NCBI GenBank assembly: GCA_037441705.1
Contig: JBBIRR010000003.1
Location: forward strand, 50,397 to 114,396
Direction: 5' to 3'
Length of the DNA stretch: 64,000 bases
From: Ignavibacteriales bacterium
Lineage (GTDB): Bacteria > Bacteroidota > Ignavibacteria > UBA10030 > UBA6906
Shown: piece by piece, positions 58,337 through 64,000 of the stretch
Layout of the letters: each line of letters starts with the position of its first letter
Position numbering within the stretch: position 1 is the first letter of the stretch
The notes under the pieces: model-generated
The model's database searches: none
Told to the model about the DNA's origin: nothing
Seen by the model: the letters and a program-made list of their open reading frames with translations, nothing else
Translations under genes and position numbers: made by a program

Positions 58337-59491
58337 ATGACTGTCATTGAAGCACCCGTTCAACCCATTTCAATTTCCACTGAGGCGGATCATCGGGCCG
58401 CGGCCAAGCAGTACAGCCGCACAAAGCTGATGCTGGGCATCGCATCCTCGGTTGTGTCGTTCGGGGTTGTGTTCGCTCTCGTCCTTACGGGCTTCACGCA
58501 GGACCTCTCAGCCTGGGCCTATCGCCACACAGCCAACGACTATCTGGCCCTGCTGCTGTTTCTCGCGGCAGTCGGACTTATCGAGTCGGTTGCGACGCTT
58601 CCTCTGGGCTTCTACTCAAGCTACGTCATCGAACATCGCTACCATCTTTCCAATCAAACCGTGAGACGATGGGCATGGGAGCGGCTCAAAGCCCTGCTCG
58701 TGGGGATGCCGCTCGCAGCCATCGTGGCTGTCGTCCTGTGGTATTGCCTGAAGACGTACGGCATGGGGTGGTGGCTGCCTGTTGCCGCAGTGCTGACGTT
58801 CTTCTCTATCATTCTCGCCCGCATTGTGCCGACGTACATCATGCCGCTCTTCTACAAATTCACGCCGCTGGAAGACGGCTCTCTGAAACGACGGATTACC
58901 GCGCTGTGCGAGAATGCGGGCGTTCGTTTCGAGGGAATTTTTTCGTTTGATATGAGTAAGAATACCAGGAAGGCAAATGCGGGCTTCACCGGCATCGGCA
59001 AGGCGAAACGGATCATCCTCGGCGATACGTTGCTCAAGGAATGTACAGAAGAGGAAATCGAAACCGTGTTTGCACACGAGTTGGGGCATTACAAGCGGAA
59101 GCATATCGTCATCGGGATCGCCGTCGGCGTTGCCTCGACGTTTGTTGGATTGTATATCACGGCGCAACTGTATGCCGCCTCGCTTTCGTGGTTCGGGTTT
59201 TCGTCCATCACCGACCTTGCCGCGCTGCCGCTGTTGGGCTTGTGGCTTTCCATCTTCGGGCTTGTCACGTCGCCGCTCGGCAACATCCTTTCGCGCAAAC
59301 ACGAACGTGAGGCGGATGCGTACGCGGTTCACACAACGGGCAACAAAGCGGCGTTCATCTCCGCCCTGCGCAAGCTTGCAGAGACGAACCTTGCCGATCC
59401 GGAGCCGCATCCGGTGGTGGAGTTTCTGTTCTACAGCCATCCCTCCATTGCGCGGCGGATTGCGCGTGTTGAAGGGTTGAACGGGCGATGA
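58337..59491 (+). CDS. M48 (Ste24/CAAX-type) membrane zinc metallopeptidase
   Basis: PLFYKFTPL, NAGFTGIG, HELGH, EREAD, YSHP. Confidence 0.93.
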   Translation: MTVIEAPVQPISISTEADHRAAAKQYSRTKLMLGIASSVVSFGVVFALVLTGFTQDLSAWAYRHTANDYLALLLFLAAVGLIESVATLPLGFYSSYVIEHRYHLSNQTVRRWAWERLKALLVGMPLAAIVAVVLWYCLKTYGMGWWLPVAAVLTFFSIILARIVPTYIMPLFYKFTPLEDGSLKRRITALCENAGVRFEGIFSFDMSKNTRKANAGFTGIGKAKRIILGDTLLKECTEEEIETVFAHELGHYKRKHIVIGIAVGVASTFVGLYITAQLYAASLSWFGFSSITDLAALPLLGLWLSIFGLVTSPLGNILSRKHEREADAYAVHTTGNKAAFISALRKLAETNLADPEPHPVVEFLFYSHPSIARRIARVEGLNGR

Positions 59492-60201
59492 AACACGTCG
59501 TCGGGGTTCTGAGGTTCTTTGGCTTGTTTGTGAACTCGATGGTGTACGCAAGCCTCGTGCTGGTGACGCGGCTGTTTACCCGAAGTGCGCGCGTCTTTCA
59601 TGCGTTCTGCCGCTCCTGGGCGCGGACGTCGCTCGCCATCTGCGGCGTCACCACGAGCGTGCGGGGCATCGAACACCTGGTGCCGGGCCAGGGCTACGTG
59701 TACGTCTCCAATCACGCGAGCATGTTCGACATCCCGGCGGTGATCGCGGCCATTCCCGATCAGATCAGGATTGTGTATAAGAAAGAGTTGCACTGGATTC
59801 CGCTGTTCGGGTGGGGATTGAAGTTCGGCAGCTACATTGCGATTGATCGCGGGCGCAGCGTCAAAGCGCAAAAGAGCCTGCAGGAAGCAATTCGCAGGAT
59901 TCGCAACGGCGAATCGGTGCTGCTGTACGCGGAAGGGACACGCACGCTGGATGGCACGCTGCAGCCGTTCAAGCGCGGCGCGTTTCACATCGCCGTGCAG
60001 GCAGGCGTGCCTGTGGTGCCGTTGACGATCAACGGCAGTTTCAAGATTCTCCCCAAACATTCTATCAGCGTCCATCCGGGACATGTGGAGTTGATTCTGG
60101 AAAAACCCATCCCTCTCTCCGGCATGCAGGGCAAAGAGAGCGAACGTAAACTTATGGAGGAAGTTCATGCGGCGATTGCTCGACATTACGTCAATCAGTA
60201 A
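59488..60201 (+). CDS. plsC: 1-acyl-sn-glycerol-3-phosphate acyltransferase
   Basis: NHASMFD (HX4D), IDR, AEGTR, FKRGAF, PVVP. Confidence 0.88.
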   Translation: MKHVVGVLRFFGLFVNSMVYASLVLVTRLFTRSARVFHAFCRSWARTSLAICGVTTSVRGIEHLVPGQGYVYVSNHASMFDIPAVIAAIPDQIRIVYKKELHWIPLFGWGLKFGSYIAIDRGRSVKAQKSLQEAIRRIRNGESVLLYAEGTRTLDGTLQPFKRGAFHIAVQAGVPVVPLTINGSFKILPKHSISVHPGHVELILEKPIPLSGMQGKESERKLMEEVHAAIARHYVNQ

Positions 60202-60898
60202 GAGGACCGGCCTCATCGTCATCGGCCTGCTGCTGGGCGGATGCAAACAGGATCCGATTGATGACTCCATTCAGCGCATCCGGATGGGTGAGATTCTGGT
60301 TGCCTACATTACCAATCGCGGGGGCGCTCCCGATTTCGAGTTCAGCGGTCGCATTCGCGCGTACGACACGCGCGACAGTCTGTACGATGCACCCGGTATC
60401 GGTCTGTTCAAGCATTTCATTTCGTTCCGCGATACCGCGTCGACGGACAGCGTGCGACTCTTCTACTCGCTTCCCTCCAACGCGAACTTCCGGATCGATT
60501 CCAGCCAGCGGTTCACGTTCATCCACCGCACGATCGAGTCCCGCTTTGCGTTGCTTCTCAAAACCAAAAACGATAGCTTGGTGTGCGCTTTCGGCACACT
60601 TTTGCCCGAGGAGTGGGTCTTTGTGCTGAATCGCGCGGGCAACCAGGGCTTCCGTCTCAGTGTCGGCGACAATCTCTACCTTGCACGCAACACGCAGTGC
60701 GGACGTGAGGGGGATTTCGACATCATCGTTGCCAACAACAGCGGCGAAGTGCGTGTCGGTCCGGCGCGCAGCGCCGTCCTCTACAGCGGCGATAAAGCAT
60801 ACGCCGTCTTCAATGTTGCCAACACGCGGTTGATCAAGGACCTCGGGACCTGTCCCGACTTTGTGCCGGAATTCTCGATGATGATTTTGCAGCAGTAG
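60167..60898 (+). CDS. Hypothetical lipoprotein
   Basis: Lipobox LLGGC after hydrophobic stretch; beta-rich body; fills gap within operon. Confidence 0.7.
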   Translation: MRRLLDITSISKRTGLIVIGLLLGGCKQDPIDDSIQRIRMGEILVAYITNRGGAPDFEFSGRIRAYDTRDSLYDAPGIGLFKHFISFRDTASTDSVRLFYSLPSNANFRIDSSQRFTFIHRTIESRFALLLKTKNDSLVCAFGTLLPEEWVFVLNRAGNQGFRLSVGDNLYLARNTQCGREGDFDIIVANNSGEVRVGPARSAVLYSGDKAYAVFNVANTRLIKDLGTCPDFVPEFSMMILQQ

Positions 60899-60941
60899 AT
60901 CGAGCAGGCTATTCAGACGTCATGACCGGAACGGATTCTCC

Positions 60942-61253
60942 ATGGCGGTAACCTTGAAGGATGTTGAACACGTTGCGGCGCTTGCGCGCCTGTCCTTCTC
61001 CGACGACGAGAAACAGCGGCTGACCCATCAACTCAACGACATCCTGAACTACATGGAGCACTTGAACGAGCTGGACACGACGAACGTCGAGCCGCTTGCG
61101 CAGGTGATTGAAACACGCAACGTTTTCCGTGAGGATGTGGCAGGCCCGTGTGTCCCGCGCACGGACGCTCTCCGGAATGCCCCGGCAAGAACGGAGGAGT
61201 TCTTCCGCGTGCCAAAAGTGATCGGCGAGGCACGCCCAAGCGAGGAACAATGA
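60942..61253 (+). CDS. gatC: Asp/Glu-tRNA amidotransferase subunit C
   Basis: VEHVAALARL...LNELDT.NVEP...FRED...NAP...FFRVPKVI. Confidence 0.95.
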   Translation: MAVTLKDVEHVAALARLSFSDDEKQRLTHQLNDILNYMEHLNELDTTNVEPLAQVIETRNVFREDVAGPCVPRTDALRNAPARTEEFFRVPKVIGEARPSEEQ

Positions 61254-61994
61254 CGCGCGCGGTTGCCATTATCCCCGCGCGCTACGGCTCTCAGCGGCTG
61301 CCCGCGAAACCGCTTGCGGATATCGGCGGCAAGCCGATGATTCGGCATGTGTACGAGCGTGCGGCGCGCGCATCGTTGATTCGGCGCGTCATTGTCGCAA
61401 CGGATGATCAGCGGATTGCCGATGCGGTCAACGCCTTCGGCGGAGAAGTGATGACGACGCCGCTAACGCTGCAGAGCGGAACCGACCGCGTGGCGTATGC
61501 GGCGCGAGAACTTGACGACGCCGACATCATCGTGAACGTTCAGGGCGACGAGCCGCTGATCGCCCCTGCCATGATCGACGAAGCCGTGCGCGTGGTTGCC
61601 GAAAGCGCGGCGTCCGTCGGGACGTTGGTGCGCACGATCGAGCGCGAGGACGAGCTGTTCAATCCCAATGTCGTCAAGGTCGTCCTTGCCGCCGACGGCA
61701 CGTGTCTGTACTTCTCGCGCTCGCCCATTCCGTTCGGCCGGGATCGGGAGCAGAACGAGTGGCTTCGGCACCATACATACTACAAACATATCGGCCTGTA
61801 TGTGTTCCGCCGCGGATTTCTCCTGGAGTTCTCGAGGCTCGCACAGACGCCGTTGGAACGGACCGAAAAGTTGGAACAGCTCCGCATCCTGGAACACGGC
61901 CACAGCATCAAGGCAGGCATCACGCAATACGACAGCCTCCCCGTGGACACGGCCGAGGACTTAGAAACGGTCAGACGGATTCTGGCTCAACAGC

Positions 61995-62002
<8 letters not shown>
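61250..62002 (+). CDS. kdsB: CMP-Kdo synthetase
   Basis: IIPARYGSQRLPAKPL, SGTDR, NVQGDEP, YFSRSPIP, HIGLY, EKLEQLR. Confidence 0.96.

Positions 62003-64000
<1,998 letters not shown>

Overview
Bacterial chromosomal window spanning the replication origin (rnpA fragment-rpmH / oriC / dnaA-dnaN-recF-dciA-gyrB-gyrA). A T9SS C-terminal sorting domain, a GH97, a triple parvulin operon and the miaB-sigma54 activator-lptE cluster point to the FCB/Bacteroidota group. Canonical TTGANN-17-TANNNT promoters favour the Ignavibacteria/Chlorobi-like side (inference). Downstream lie a GH97, a GT9, a minus-strand SPFH/secreted protein/diheme cytochrome c set, three SurA/PpiC-type chaperones, a large patatin-like gene, a 1.2 kb mosaic of nested REP-type palindromes, a 17 kb envelope glycosylation locus (two YfhO-type GT-C proteins, GT2/GT4/GT9, three methyltransferases, flippase, LamG-T9SS protein), an orphan pair of microcompartment BMC-H shell genes upstream of YbbR and pdxJ, and housekeeping genes (etfBA, rpsT, lptE, miaB, aguBA, plsC, gatC, kdsB, pyrG). 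No rRNA, tRNA, CRISPR array, transposase or integrase was recognised. Best leads, all hypotheses: an A9 tract in the GyrA tail that could switch an ~85-aa Lys-rich extension, next to a clamp-binding-like QQSLF; orphan BMC-H genes, one with a helical C-terminal domain; a parvulin chaperone with an inserted OmpA-like domain; a decayed small-gene/nucleotidyltransferase pair between gyrB and gyrA; a B. subtilis-like DnaA-trio unwinding motif; and nested REP insertions. All calls come from reading the sequence, with no database searches.
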